This document shows, piece by piece, positions 16,120 to 25,334 of a DNA stretch of 64,000 bases. Both the position numbers and the translations under genes were made by a program. The notes under the pieces were generated by a model that made no database searches, was not told the origin of the DNA, and saw only the letters and a list, made by a program, of their open reading frames with translations. This stretch comes from Minisyncoccota bacterium (GTDB taxonomy: Bacteria; Patescibacteriota; Minisyncoccia; Phycocordibacterales; SW-6-46-9): the NCBI GenBank assembly GCA_040905385.1, contig JBBDRP010000002.1, forward strand, positions 523,526-587,525, in the 5' to 3' direction. Numbering within the stretch: the stretch's first letter is position 1; every line of letters begins with the position of its first letter.

Positions 16120-18618
16120 TTAATCGGTGACGAAATTTACCAAGCGATTTTCAACGTAAATCTCCCTATTTATAGCCTTATCTTCAAGCCAGTTAGACAC
16201 ATTGTCATGCTCTTTTGCCTGGGAAATAATCGACGCTTCGCCGGCATCTTGGGAAACCACCATCTCTCCGCGGACGGTTCCGTTCACCTGAATTGCGATG
16301 TTCACCTCTGCTTCTCGAGTCGCCTCCTCATCATACGTCGGCCAGTCCTGCAGATGCACTGATCCTTCTTCACCAAGCTTTTGCCACAGCTCCTCAGTTA
16401 TATGTGGTGCAAATGGTGCCAGCAGCCGTAGCAGAATTCCCAATACATCCGCCGAAACTGTCTCTCGATCCTGCAGATCATTTACCAGCTCCATCAAGCT
16501 ACTAATGGCTGTATTAAAACGAAAATCAGCTACGCTTTTGGTGACTGCTTTTACCGTCTGATGAAGTACATGATCATCTACTGGAGTCGCTGTGTCCTTA
16601 ATATTTTCTTCCTGTTGGTGAGCAAGTCGCCACACCTTTTCTAAGAATCGTCGAGGGCCGGCAATTGCATCAGTATTCCAGTCAACCTCATCTCCAAACG
16701 GGCCGGCGAAAAGCTCGTACATCCGCAGGGTATCGGCACCGACCTGATCGACAACCCTATTTGGATTTACAACATTCTCTTTTGACTTACTCATCTTCGT
16801 GCCATCCTCGGCCATGATCATTCCTTGGTGGTGCAGGCTTATAAACGGTTCACGAAACTCGATATGATTCATATCCGCTAAAGCTTTGGTAATAAATCGA
16901 GCATACAAGAGATGCATCACCGAGTGCTCAGCACCACCTACATAGGTATCCACCGGACACCAGTCCTGGATCACCTTCTCGTCGGCAAAAGTAGTATCGT
17001 TGTGCGGATCAGTAAAACGCAGAAAGTACCAGCTGGAATCAACGAACGTATCCAGCGTTGACGTCTCTGGCGTCCAGCCTTCCCCGAAAATATCTTCGGT
17101 GCGTTTTTTCAACTCCGCCGACTTTTCCAGTGGTGCCTCACCCGTTGGCTCAAACGGTACATCGTCTGGTAGTGTCCAGGGTAGATGCTCTTCAGGTACG
17201 GCGTGAGCCTTTCCATCAGGATCGTAAACAACCGGAATCGGACAGCCCCAAAGACGCTGTCGGCCCACCGACCAATCCCGGAGACGATACGTCGTCTCTT
17301 TTTGGCCAAATTTTTCCGTAATAATCTCACCACCTTCATCAGATGACAATCCATTAAAGGTATCTGGATGTATAATCACACCCTTATCAGTAAAAATCTC
17401 TTTAGGCTTTTTACCAGAAAGTGAATCGGTAGTGGTTCCTTCTATTCCTTCACTACGATCAGATGCTTTTGCTATCTCATTGTCAATAACAACAACCTTA
17501 ATATCAATATCGTACTTTTCTGCAAAGGCATGGTCACGCTTGTCATGGGCCGGGACCGCCATAATCGCACCGGTACCGTAGCCAGCCAGTACGTAATCAG
17601 CCACGTAAATTGGTATCTCGTCGCCAGTAGCTGGGTGTACAGCTGTCACACCGTCAAGCTGGACACCAGTCTTTTCTTTATTCTCCTGTCGCTGTCGGTC
17701 GGTCTTCGCCTCCGCTTCCTCTACATACTTCTCTACTTCATCATGATTCTTTATTCCTGATTCTTGATTCTCGAGGAGCGATGCGACGAGCTCATGCTCC
17801 GGGGCGACGGCCATAAAGGTTACGCCAAATAACGTATCCGGACGGGTGGTGAAAACCTCAAGACCTGCCCGATCATCTTCTGAAGATGATGATTTAGGGT
17901 CGGTACCTCCTCCATTCACTGCGAAGGTAAAGCGAGCACCCTCCTGCCGGCCGATCCAGTTGCGCTGACTCTGCTTGGTTGATTCCGGCCAGTCTAGATT
18001 TTCTAAATCATCAACCAACTCATCAGCATAATCTGTAATACGAAAAAACCACTGATTCATCTCCTTTTGAACAACATGAGAATCACAACGATCACAGGCG
18101 CCATCCACTACCTGCTCATTAGCCAGGACCGTCTGACAACCCGGACACCAATTCACCTTGGCTGGCTTCTTTTCTGCTAGGTCATGAGCGAAAAGCTGGG
18201 TAAAAAGCCACTGCGTCCAGCGATAGTAGTCACCACGTGACGTATCAATTTCTCGATCCCAGTCGTAAGAAAGGCCGAGCCGGTTGATCTGTTCCTTGAA
18301 AGTAGCGATTGATTCATCGGTCTTCTCTCGTGGATGCACGCCGGTTTTTATCGCATAATTCTCGGCCGGCAAGCCAAACGCATCCCAGCCCATCGGGTGT
18401 AGTACATCCTTTCCTTGCATGCGCTGAAAACGGCTGTAGACGTCAGTACCCGTATAGCCCTCGACGTGCCCAACATGGAGACCTGAGCCGGATGGATACG
18501 GAAACATATCCAGTATGTAGTGGGGGTTCTCTGGACTTTCTGGCGTTTTATACAGCTCATCATCAGCCCACCGCTGTTGCCACTTCTTTTCTATAGATTT
18601 ATGATCGTATTCTTTCAT
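16120..18618 (-). CDS. leuS: Leucyl-tRNA synthetase
   Basis: HIGH motif (HVGHVEGY); KMSKS; LeuS editing and anticodon-binding domains. Start chosen at MKEYDHKSIEKKWQQRW. Confidence 0.95.
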   Translation of the reverse strand: MKEYDHKSIEKKWQQRWADDELYKTPESPENPHYILDMFPYPSGSGLHVGHVEGYTGTDVYSRFQRMQGKDVLHPMGWDAFGLPAENYAIKTGVHPREKTDESIATFKEQINRLGLSYDWDREIDTSRGDYYRWTQWLFTQLFAHDLAEKKPAKVNWCPGCQTVLANEQVVDGACDRCDSHVVQKEMNQWFFRITDYADELVDDLENLDWPESTKQSQRNWIGRQEGARFTFAVNGGGTDPKSSSSEDDRAGLEVFTTRPDTLFGVTFMAVAPEHELVASLLENQESGIKNHDEVEKYVEEAEAKTDRQRQENKEKTGVQLDGVTAVHPATGDEIPIYVADYVLAGYGTGAIMAVPAHDKRDHAFAEKYDIDIKVVVIDNEIAKASDRSEGIEGTTTDSLSGKKPKEIFTDKGVIIHPDTFNGLSSDEGGEIITEKFGQKETTYRLRDWSVGRQRLWGCPIPVVYDPDGKAHAVPEEHLPWTLPDDVPFEPTGEAPLEKSAELKKRTEDIFGEGWTPETSTLDTFVDSSWYFLRFTDPHNDTTFADEKVIQDWCPVDTYVGGAEHSVMHLLYARFITKALADMNHIEFREPFISLHHQGMIMAEDGTKMSKSKENVVNPNRVVDQVGADTLRMYELFAGPFGDEVDWNTDAIAGPRRFLEKVWRLAHQQEENIKDTATPVDDHVLHQTVKAVTKSVADFRFNTAISSLMELVNDLQDRETVSADVLGILLRLLAPFAPHITEELWQKLGEEGSVHLQDWPTYDEEATREAEVNIAIQVNGTVRGEMVVSQDAGEASIISQAKEHDNVSNWLEDKAINREIYVENRLVNFVTD

Positions 18619-18731
18619 ACTTAATATTATATCTACTCCCATTTCTTGCTTCTGCTTGCCCTTCCGTAGCCTTGTGCGAAGAAGGGCCACTTCGTTTCTA
18701 TTTCGTTATGGTTATATTCCTTCATTTATAC

Positions 18732-19175
18732 TTAAAGAATATCATTCTTAGCGAGATAATCTACTATTACTTCACGTGATGGCTCGTTTATATAGTTATC
18801 TAAATTACCGGCCGCAAAATCAGTCAATGGATACCAGATCCACTCACGAAATTTATCGGGCTCGGCCAGCCGTGGTTTATCATCTGTACTGCAATGAAAA
18901 ATATGCAAAAGTTCGCAATAAGCTGCCTTCACCTGACCGACATAATCAATAAATTCCAAATTTGTAATTCCTGTCTCTTCTTCAGCTTCTCGTCGAGCCG
19001 CCGTTTCTAAAGTTTCATCCTGATCTACACTTCCTCCTGGTGCTGTCCATACCGTTGGTCCATTAATGTAGTCTCGCAACCCAAGCAAGATTCTTCCGTT
19101 ACGAATAATAACCGCAATTACGGCCGTCTTGCCTTCCGGCTTATGAGAGAGTTTCTCTTGTAGTGGTCGAGACAT
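18732..19175 (-). CDS. NUDIX hydrolase
   Basis: Nudix box GGSVDQDETLETAARREAEEETGI. Confidence 0.8.
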   Translation of the reverse strand: MSRPLQEKLSHKPEGKTAVIAVIIRNGRILLGLRDYINGPTVWTAPGGSVDQDETLETAARREAEEETGITNLEFIDYVGQVKAAYCELLHIFHCSTDDKPRLAEPDKFREWIWYPLTDFAAGNLDNYINEPSREVIVDYLAKNDIL

Positions 19176-19183
19176 GAAAATTA

Positions 19184-19774
19184 CTAATCCTTACTTCGGA
19201 GTACTGCTAAATACACGAACACCAGAAGAATCGATCCCAGCAGGATAAACTGCGCCCAGTCATTGCTTAAACTCCAGTAGCGAATTAAACCAGACAGGAT
19301 GATGATCACCCCAGAGATTGAGGCGGCCGAAGCCAGAATATCATTCTCACGACGTAGGAAGCCAAATACCGCGACAAACAGACCAATCATCAGCATCGCA
19401 AGTAGTCCATTACGATCATGAACATCGCTGGCTGCATCATACGACTGGCGGCAGGTATAATCTCGATCACAGTAACCCGTTACTGCCGGAGTTGCCGTTG
19501 ATGTTGTTTGATCAATTCGGCGCGGTACAACGTCCTCATTCCACCCGCCACCGGCCGCTACACAGGCTGACTCAGTGTCAATCTCAACTGGTGCCATCTG
19601 ATACTGATCATGACCACAGAAATCTCCGTACTCTGGAGATGGGTACAGAAAACTCATGCCGTAATTAACGAATGATACGGACAGGACGACCAGACCGATA
19701 ATAAGCGACCAGTCGGCTACCCACTGCGGAATCTGCGATGTAGTATTTTTTGACATAGATCCATTGTACCCCAA
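19184..19774 (-). CDS. Hypothetical integral membrane protein
   Basis: Several TM segments plus a Cys-rich extracytoplasmic loop. Confidence 0.5.
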   Translation of the reverse strand: MGYNGSMSKNTTSQIPQWVADWSLIIGLVVLSVSFVNYGMSFLYPSPEYGDFCGHDQYQMAPVEIDTESACVAAGGGWNEDVVPRRIDQTTSTATPAVTGYCDRDYTCRQSYDAASDVHDRNGLLAMLMIGLFVAVFGFLRRENDILASAASISGVIIILSGLIRYWSLSNDWAQFILLGSILLVFVYLAVLRSKD

Positions 19775-19795
19775 AATATATATAAAAAACCGAAA

Positions 19796-21181
19796 CTAAG
19801 ACCCCAGGTATGCCTCAATAGCACTCTTGATTCGTCGGCACATATCCTTAAATATAGCCTCATCCGGTTCCAGGAGCGTCATCCGAAACCCCTGAAAACG
19901 CGAATGAAATCCAGTCGAAAGCGGCACCACGCAAATCCCCTCAGCCGCCAAAAGAAAGTACACAAACCGCTCATCAGGCGTCGCCTGGGCAACCAATGGT
20001 TGGATAATGGCCTGTATTTCTGGATCTGCAATTGGAAGCGACTGACTATCGCTGAGCACGCCATCCTCAAACAAAATACTGACATAGTACGCTCCATCCG
20101 GCCTGACCGGTGTGACCCCGTCCAGATCCGACAGCGCCTCAACCAGCTCATCGGCACGCTTTTCGTAAGCACGGCTGCGCTCATGTAGGTGATCCTCCCA
20201 GCGGGAATCAGACAGAATTTTCGGCAGTACCAACTGCGGCAGTGTCGTCGCACACACCTCATGCATCTTGGTATCCACCAGCCGCTTGCGAAACCCTTCG
20301 AACTCCAGATCGGTGTTGGTATTGTAAAACTCCAACCAGCCACACCGCGCGCCCGGCCACGGTACCTCCTTGGACAGACCGCGCATCACCACCGTCGGTA
20401 CCGCCTCACTCACATCAGTAACTCGCGTGGTTTCGGCTGTAGAGAAGCGCAAGCCATCATAAATCTCATCCGAGACGATAAAGCAGTCGTAACGCCGCGC
20501 CAAATCAGCTACACCTTCAAGTGATGCTCGGCTCAGGACTCCGCCAGTTGGATTCCCGGGACTAACTACTAGAATACCAACGATATCTTTATTTTCCTCT
20601 AGCTTTTCCTCGAGATCAACCAGATCAATCTGCCAGCCAGTCGATGGATCCAATCGGTACATAAGCGGCGCAGCTGCTGCATGCGACGCTTCCGCGGCTG
20701 CATGTGATGGATACGACGGATCCGGACCAATCACCCGAGCCTCAGGGTCTAGGTGTCGGTACAGATTGCTGATAGCGTCACCAAGCCCATTAAAAAACAG
20801 GATGTTGTCAGCCGTAAGTAGGGCTGGTGATGATTTATTGTGCCGTGCCGCGAGATACTGTCGTGTCTCCAGAACACCCTTCGTTGGTGAGTAAGCATAA
20901 GATTCGTCTCGACCGGCCGCCTCCTGAACAATCTCCTTTATCCAGTCTGGCGGTGACTCGCCTTTCTTGACCGGATCGCCGATATTCTCCCAGATAATAT
21001 CTCGCCCGAGCGCCCCAATCTGTGTGGCCACCGCCACCACCTCACGTATTTTATAGGTTAGCTTCTGTGTGTGGAATTCGGAGATATTTCGCCGCATAAG
21101 ATGATTTGATTTCACTGCGCATTTTATCATGTATAAGTTACGGATACATAATGCTTGACTACCAAGCGAAGTGAGTGACAC
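19796..21181 (-). CDS. PLP-dependent aminotransferase class I/II
   Basis: SKxxxxPGxRxGW motif (LSKEVPWPGARCGW); fold-type I pattern. The start codon is uncertain (several in-frame Met). Confidence 0.8.
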   Translation of the reverse strand: MSLTSLGSQALCIRNLYMIKCAVKSNHLMRRNISEFHTQKLTYKIREVVAVATQIGALGRDIIWENIGDPVKKGESPPDWIKEIVQEAAGRDESYAYSPTKGVLETRQYLAARHNKSSPALLTADNILFFNGLGDAISNLYRHLDPEARVIGPDPSYPSHAAAEASHAAAAPLMYRLDPSTGWQIDLVDLEEKLEENKDIVGILVVSPGNPTGGVLSRASLEGVADLARRYDCFIVSDEIYDGLRFSTAETTRVTDVSEAVPTVVMRGLSKEVPWPGARCGWLEFYNTNTDLEFEGFRKRLVDTKMHEVCATTLPQLVLPKILSDSRWEDHLHERSRAYEKRADELVEALSDLDGVTPVRPDGAYYVSILFEDGVLSDSQSLPIADPEIQAIIQPLVAQATPDERFVYFLLAAEGICVVPLSTGFHSRFQGFRMTLLEPDEAIFKDMCRRIKSAIEAYLGS

Positions 21182-21435
21182 GCAAGTTTACTTTATATCC
21201 GAACGAAGTGCCGGGAGGCAGATTGCTAAATCTGCTCTTCAAGCAAAGCGAGAAATATACAAGCTTGTTTGCATATTAGACCACCGCGTCGGTAGTCAAA
21301 TAAATAATCACTCTCTGGGGAATCAGAGAGTGAGAAAGTTATGACTTTCTTATATAATTATTTATTTGACAAAATAATTTTATTATGTAGAATACATTTA
21401 GACTTACACAAAACCCACAATAAAATCACAGGCAA

Positions 21436-21753
21436 ATGACAGACACAGAAAGAAAAGTAGCAGCATTCACAGTAGCAATTATTATTTTTGTAGGGTCTTT
21501 CATTAGTATTCTCATCAACTATCCAGTGATGCCAGATTTTATCGCTGGATCTGCAGCATTTGTATTGGCAGCTCTAGGATTCGTCATCATATATCGGGTA
21601 CTTAAGCCTAAGATAATCCAGATAGTAGAGTTTGATAATGGTTCCTTATATGCACTGACAAGCAAAGGCGAAATTCTGCATATTGAGCCAAGATCTGGAG
21701 AAAGTCCTGGCTGCAGAATACTGATGGATAGCTCTACTATTGAAATTGATTAA
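21436..21753 (+). CDS. Small membrane protein (2 TM plus ~45-aa C-terminal domain, bacterial PH-like?)
   Basis: TTGACA-N16-TAGAAT promoter upstream; conserved terminator hairpin downstream. Confidence 0.5.
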   Translation: MTDTERKVAAFTVAIIIFVGSFISILINYPVMPDFIAGSAAFVLAALGFVIIYRVLKPKIIQIVEFDNGSLYALTSKGEILHIEPRSGESPGCRILMDSSTIEID

Positions 21754-21769
21754 TACAAATAACTAACAA

Positions 21770-21803
21770 AAGCTCGACCATTACGGTTCGGGCTTTTTTT
21801 ATG
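21770..21803 (+). terminator. Intrinsic terminator of the shared family AAAGCTCGACC-loop-GGTYGRGCTTTTT
   Basis: Related hairpins at 24206-24234 and, inverted, at 25144-25174. Confidence 0.6.
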
Positions 21804-22011
21804 CTTCATTCAGTGTCTGAAGCGTTTAATTTAGATGTTATGCCTAAAAATTTTAATCGTAAGCACTATCAAAGCGAACCTTTTAATTCTCCCCGATTTT
21901 GAGCGTAGTGAAAAATCGCTGAACCGAGAGAATTCAGTTATTTTTACGTGCCTCGCACAGCGAAGCGCGCCGGAGGCGACGCGTGCTAAGTAAAAACAAG
22001 CTGGATGAGCG

Positions 22012-23085
22012 CTATCCGTGTAAGAATTCAATAACGTCACCATCCTGCACCACATACTCACTCCCTTCGGTGCGAATCTGACCATTTTCGCGAGCAACCT
22101 TTCGCGAACCAGCTTCCAGTAGCTCCTCCCAACCGATTACTTCTGCCCGAATAAACTTCTCCTGAAAATCAGAATGGATTCGCCCGGCTGCTTGTGGCGC
22201 CGTAGCTCCACGTGTAACCGGCCAACCGCGTGTCTCCTTCTCGCCAGTGGTAAAGAACGTTATCAAATCCAGCAGACTGTATCCGGCCGTAATCAAATCA
22301 TACAACCCGTGCGTATCATCACCACGAAAGTCAGCCTTCTCATCTTCATCCATCTCGGACATCTCAAACTCCATGGCCGCATCAAGCACCACATAGTGAA
22401 TATCATGCTCCTCTGCGTAAGCTGTAGCCTTTTGCAGAGCTGGTGCCTCACTGTCGGCCTGTGTATTAAAAACAAACATCATCGGCTTGATACTCAAAAG
22501 ACCAAGCCGGCGGAAAAGATCATAATCACGCTCCTCAAAATCACCCTCAGCAAGAAGTCGGCTATCGCTCAGCAGCTCCTCAGCCTGCAGCAAAACCTCC
22601 TGACTCGCCTTGGCCTCCTTATCACCCGTTCGCACCTCTCCCGCAAGCTTTTCCAACCGCTTCTCGACGACAGATAAATCACTCGCCACCAGCTCCAGTG
22701 TAATCGTCTCGATATCACGAACCGGCGAAATTGACCCATCGACATGATGTATGTCATCATCATCGAAAACACGTACCACGTGGGCCAGGGCATCTACGCT
22801 GCGAATATTCTCTAAAAAAGCGTTACCAAGTCCTTCACCCTCGGCAGCGCCTTTGATTAGCCCGGCAATGTCCACGAACTCGAAAACGGCGGCGATCTTC
22901 TCTTTCGAGTTAGAAAATTCTGCCAGCTTGTCCAACCGCTCATCCGGCACCGGCACCACACCCACTGACGGATCAATGGTACAGAAAGGATAATTTTCAG
23001 CCGGCACAGACCGATTCGTCAACGCATTAAAAAGCGTTGATTTACCGACATTAGGGAGACCAATTATACCTACCTCAAGAGACAT
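22012..23085 (-). CDS. ychF: Ribosome-binding ATPase YchF (Obg-family GTPase)
   Basis: G1 GIIGLPNVGKSTLFNALT; C-terminal TGS domain. Confidence 0.9.
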   Translation of the reverse strand: MSLEVGIIGLPNVGKSTLFNALTNRSVPAENYPFCTIDPSVGVVPVPDERLDKLAEFSNSKEKIAAVFEFVDIAGLIKGAAEGEGLGNAFLENIRSVDALAHVVRVFDDDDIHHVDGSISPVRDIETITLELVASDLSVVEKRLEKLAGEVRTGDKEAKASQEVLLQAEELLSDSRLLAEGDFEERDYDLFRRLGLLSIKPMMFVFNTQADSEAPALQKATAYAEEHDIHYVVLDAAMEFEMSEMDEDEKADFRGDDTHGLYDLITAGYSLLDLITFFTTGEKETRGWPVTRGATAPQAAGRIHSDFQEKFIRAEVIGWEELLEAGSRKVARENGQIRTEGSEYVVQDGDVIEFLHG

Positions 23086-23151
23086 ATAGCGTGTAGTTTG
23101 TAACTTATAACGTTTAGAAAAGAATTTTAAATTCTTTTAGCATACGAACGA

Positions 23152-23254
23152 GCACACTCACTCGCTGATACCTTGCGCAGGTTGCGATAGCAAGCGAGCA
23201 GATAAAAATTGTGATTAATGAACAATTTATTTGTGTATCAGCGAGTGAGTGTGC
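23152..23254. repeat. Inverted repeat with 20-bp perfect arms (GCACACTCACTCGCTGATAC ... GTATCAGCGAGTGAGTGTGC) enclosing a 63-nt core
   Basis: Read directly. Sits between the 3' end of the 97-aa K/M-rich gene and the 5' end of ychF. Confidence 0.7.
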
Positions 23255-23263
23255 GAAAGAGCG

Positions 23264-23557
23264 TTACTGCATAAGCTTCTGCAGCTCACTACGATACTTC
23301 TTGGATACTTCCATCATGGCCGACATCTGTGTTTGGCCATTCTTGGTCTTTTCCTTCATCTCCTTGGCCATCTTCTGAAAGAGCTCTGGATTGCTATCAA
23401 TAGCTCGCTCCATCTTTTCACGCTGTGCCTTCGGCATGTCCTTCATCTGCGACTTAATCATCTTCTTGATGGCAAAGGCTTTAGTTTTATCCTTACCAGC
23501 CTTCGCCTTGTTCTTGGCGCTCGTCATCATGTCCTTGGCTTTATCAAATATTCCCAT
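23264..23557 (-). CDS. Hypothetical small Lys/Met-rich protein
   Basis: 97 aa, highly basic, predicted helical; no recognised domain. Confidence 0.5.
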   Translation of the reverse strand: MGIFDKAKDMMTSAKNKAKAGKDKTKAFAIKKMIKSQMKDMPKAQREKMERAIDSNPELFQKMAKEMKEKTKNGQTQMSAMMEVSKKYRSELQKLMQ

Positions 23558-23566
23558 GATTTAGTT

Positions 23567-23745
23567 AAAAGTTTAAAGTTAAAAGTCGAAAGTTGGTTAA
23601 TTGCATTGATCTGGATTGCTAAGTTATTTTAACACGGTGCCACTTTAAGATACATCATCTGCATCGATTTCTTCATGAATTCAAGCGGATATTTGGGCAC
23701 GACAGCTTTTAAAAGAGATTCTTTAGTTAAAAGTTTAAAGTTAAA
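23567..23745. repeat. Two direct copies of TTAGTTAAAAGTTTAAAGTTAAAAGT (23567-23592 and 23720-23745) upstream of the K/M-rich gene
   Basis: Read directly. The second copy is followed by CCCGGGTAAAAAGTTAA, which also occurs at 41414-41429 on the other strand. Confidence 0.6.
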
Positions 23746-23911
23746 AGTTCACCCGGGTAAAAAGTTAATTACATCGTTTCCAATTACATGACGTATGTTA
23801 TCACGTCCGACGGTTGATATATACCTTAGACACGTGAACTTGACAACTTGGCATATAATAAGTAATATAGCTCCAGATTCACAGTAACCTTAAAATTAAA
23901 AACTCGCTCAG

Positions 23912-24202
23912 ATGAAATACAACCTTAGTATTGAGATTGATATGATTATAAGCGCATTCAAAGAGGCGCTCGGTTGTGCCTTTCGGTTTCTAGTGTCAAA
24001 TGGACCAATAATGTTACTAATTGTTATTTGTGCTCTTGCACTACTTGAATATTTCATATTAGCAAACATATTTGGATCAGTGGGATGGATTCTAACCGTA
24101 CTGCGCCCAATTCTTATCATCTACCCAATATTAGTTCTGATATATACATACGTAGTATGGTCAGATCAGAAAAATAAGACGTATTCGATAGATGATCACT
24201 AA
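23912..24202 (+). CDS. Small membrane protein (2-3 TM)
   Basis: Hydrophobic ORF followed by a terminator of the shared family. Confidence 0.45.
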   Translation: MKYNLSIEIDMIISAFKEALGCAFRFLVSNGPIMLLIVICALALLEYFILANIFGSVGWILTVLRPILIIYPILVLIYTYVVWSDQKNKTYSIDDH

Positions 24203-24205
24203 CTA

Positions 24206-24234
24206 CAAAGCTCGACCAATTACGGTCGGGCTTT
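24206..24234 (+). terminator. Terminator-family hairpin AAAGCTCGACC-AATTAC-GGTCGGGCTTT (weak U-tract)
   Basis: 11-bp stem with one G-U pair. Confidence 0.45.
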
Positions 24235-24311
24235 AAATTTGATCACTTGATCAAAAAGAAGTAATATAAGGAAAGCTACTTAACTACATTTACAACTCAA
24301 AACGGAGGAAG

Positions 24312-24761
24312 ATGGAAGTAACAATCTGTTCAAGCGTTGACTTTACTTATCCTATTATAGAAATTAAAAAAGTTCTGGAGGAACGTGGAGACACGGTAAA
24401 CATCCCCTATTTTACGCAGATGATAATCGATGGAAAACTGTCGTTCGAAGATTACATGAAAACTAAACAAAGCGGCGGCGATATATCACTTAGAAATCAA
24501 GAAGATGTTGATTTCTATGCCAGGTACTGGAAATTTATCTCAAGATCAGATGCGGTGCTAATTCTTAATCTTGAAAAGCACTATATCAAGGGTTACATCG
24601 GCGGAAATACTTTAATAGATATGAGCTTTGCTTATATTCAAGAAAAACCTATCTACCTGTATAATCCTATCCCAGAACGAAGCGCAAGGATGCATTACGT
24701 TGATGAGTTGAAAGATTTTAAACCAACCATCATCAACGAAGATCTCTCATTAATTAAATAA
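24312..24761 (+). CDS. Hypothetical soluble protein (149 aa)
   Basis: GGAGG Shine-Dalgarno upstream; conserved leader TAACTACATTTACAACTCAAAA at 24281-24302; terminator at 24778-24806. Confidence 0.5.
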   Translation: MEVTICSSVDFTYPIIEIKKVLEERGDTVNIPYFTQMIIDGKLSFEDYMKTKQSGGDISLRNQEDVDFYARYWKFISRSDAVLILNLEKHYIKGYIGGNTLIDMSFAYIQEKPIYLYNPIPERSARMHYVDELKDFKPTIINEDLSLIK

Positions 24762-24777
24762 AAAGATTAACTAATAA

Positions 24778-24806
24778 AGCCCAGCGGATTAATGCTGGGT
24801 TTTTTA
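24778..24806 (+). terminator. Intrinsic terminator AAAGCCCAGC-GGATTAAT-GCTGGGTTTTTT
   Basis: Hairpin plus T6. Confidence 0.7.
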
Positions 24807-24816
24807 TTTGACTACG

Positions 24817-24830
24817 CATCCATATGGATG
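24817..24830. promoter_or_regulatory. Perfect 14-bp palindrome CATCCATATGGATG between the terminator and the next small gene
   Basis: Read directly; candidate operator. Confidence 0.35.
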
Positions 24831-24884
24831 TACGTTACAGGCAGGTAATTAACTACATTCACAACTAAAATTTAGGTTATTCTT

Positions 24885-25103
24885 ATGGAATTAAATAAAA
24901 ATAGCTATTTGAAAACTATTGTAAAAATTATGCTGCCAGTATTGTATAGCATAGATAATGAAGTCAATACAATAATAACCATAATCTTGGTAATTGCTCT
25001 TATATATGCAACATCATCTGTCGCAATAAGTCTTGGAATAGTTTACCTGTTCTGGGCATTTATGTTCTACATTGACCCATTAAGCGAGTCAGAAAGAATT
25101 TAA
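24885..25103 (+). CDS. Small membrane protein (72 aa, 2 TM)
   Basis: Preceded at 24847-24870 by the leader TAATTAACTACATTCACAACTAAAA, which is shared with the 24312 gene. Confidence 0.4.
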   Translation: MELNKNSYLKTIVKIMLPVLYSIDNEVNTIITIILVIALIYATSSVAISLGIVYLFWAFMFYIDPLSESERI

Positions 25104-25143
25104 ACCTGATTTATCACAAATTAAATAATGAACCTAAGAATTA

Positions 25144-25198
25144 AAGTTCGGCCAATTGCGGTCGAGCTTTTTTATTAAATAACTCATCCGGATGAGTT
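25144..25198 (+). terminator. Tandem hairpins: terminator-family stem AAAGTTCGGCC/GGTCGAGCTTTTTT, then AACTCATCCGGATGAGTT
   Basis: The first stem is the inverted version of the 21770 and 24206 hairpins and is followed by a U-tract. Confidence 0.55.
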
Positions 25199-25208
25199 AT
25201 TTAATAAA

Positions 25209-25334
25209 TTCATCTAAGCCGCATATTCATGTAAAATTCGAGGCTTTGCCGATGACTAAAACGAGCGGTACGAGGGTACCGCGAGTGAGAACCGCAGGCA
25301 GTAACGAAGAAGTTTGCTGAATATGCGGCTTAGA
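25209..25334. repeat. 18-bp inverted repeat ATCTAAGCCGCATATTCA ... TGAATATGCGGCTTAGAT enclosing a ~90-nt GC-rich core and overlapping the gyrB stop codon
   Basis: Read directly. Confidence 0.65.

Noticed and set aside
19879-20524. ORFs of 154, 94 and 111 aa overlapping the aminotransferase gene
   Set aside because: They are alternative frames within a strongly supported PLP-enzyme ORF. Their translations are Arg/Cys/Trp-rich.
22174-22993. 167-aa and other ORFs antisense to ychF
   Set aside because: They overlap the conserved YchF coding sequence and have no motifs.
23567-23745. CRISPR array
   Set aside because: There are only two copies of a 26-nt AT-rich repeat, 153 bp apart. There is no regular repeat-spacer periodicity and no cas genes anywhere in the window.
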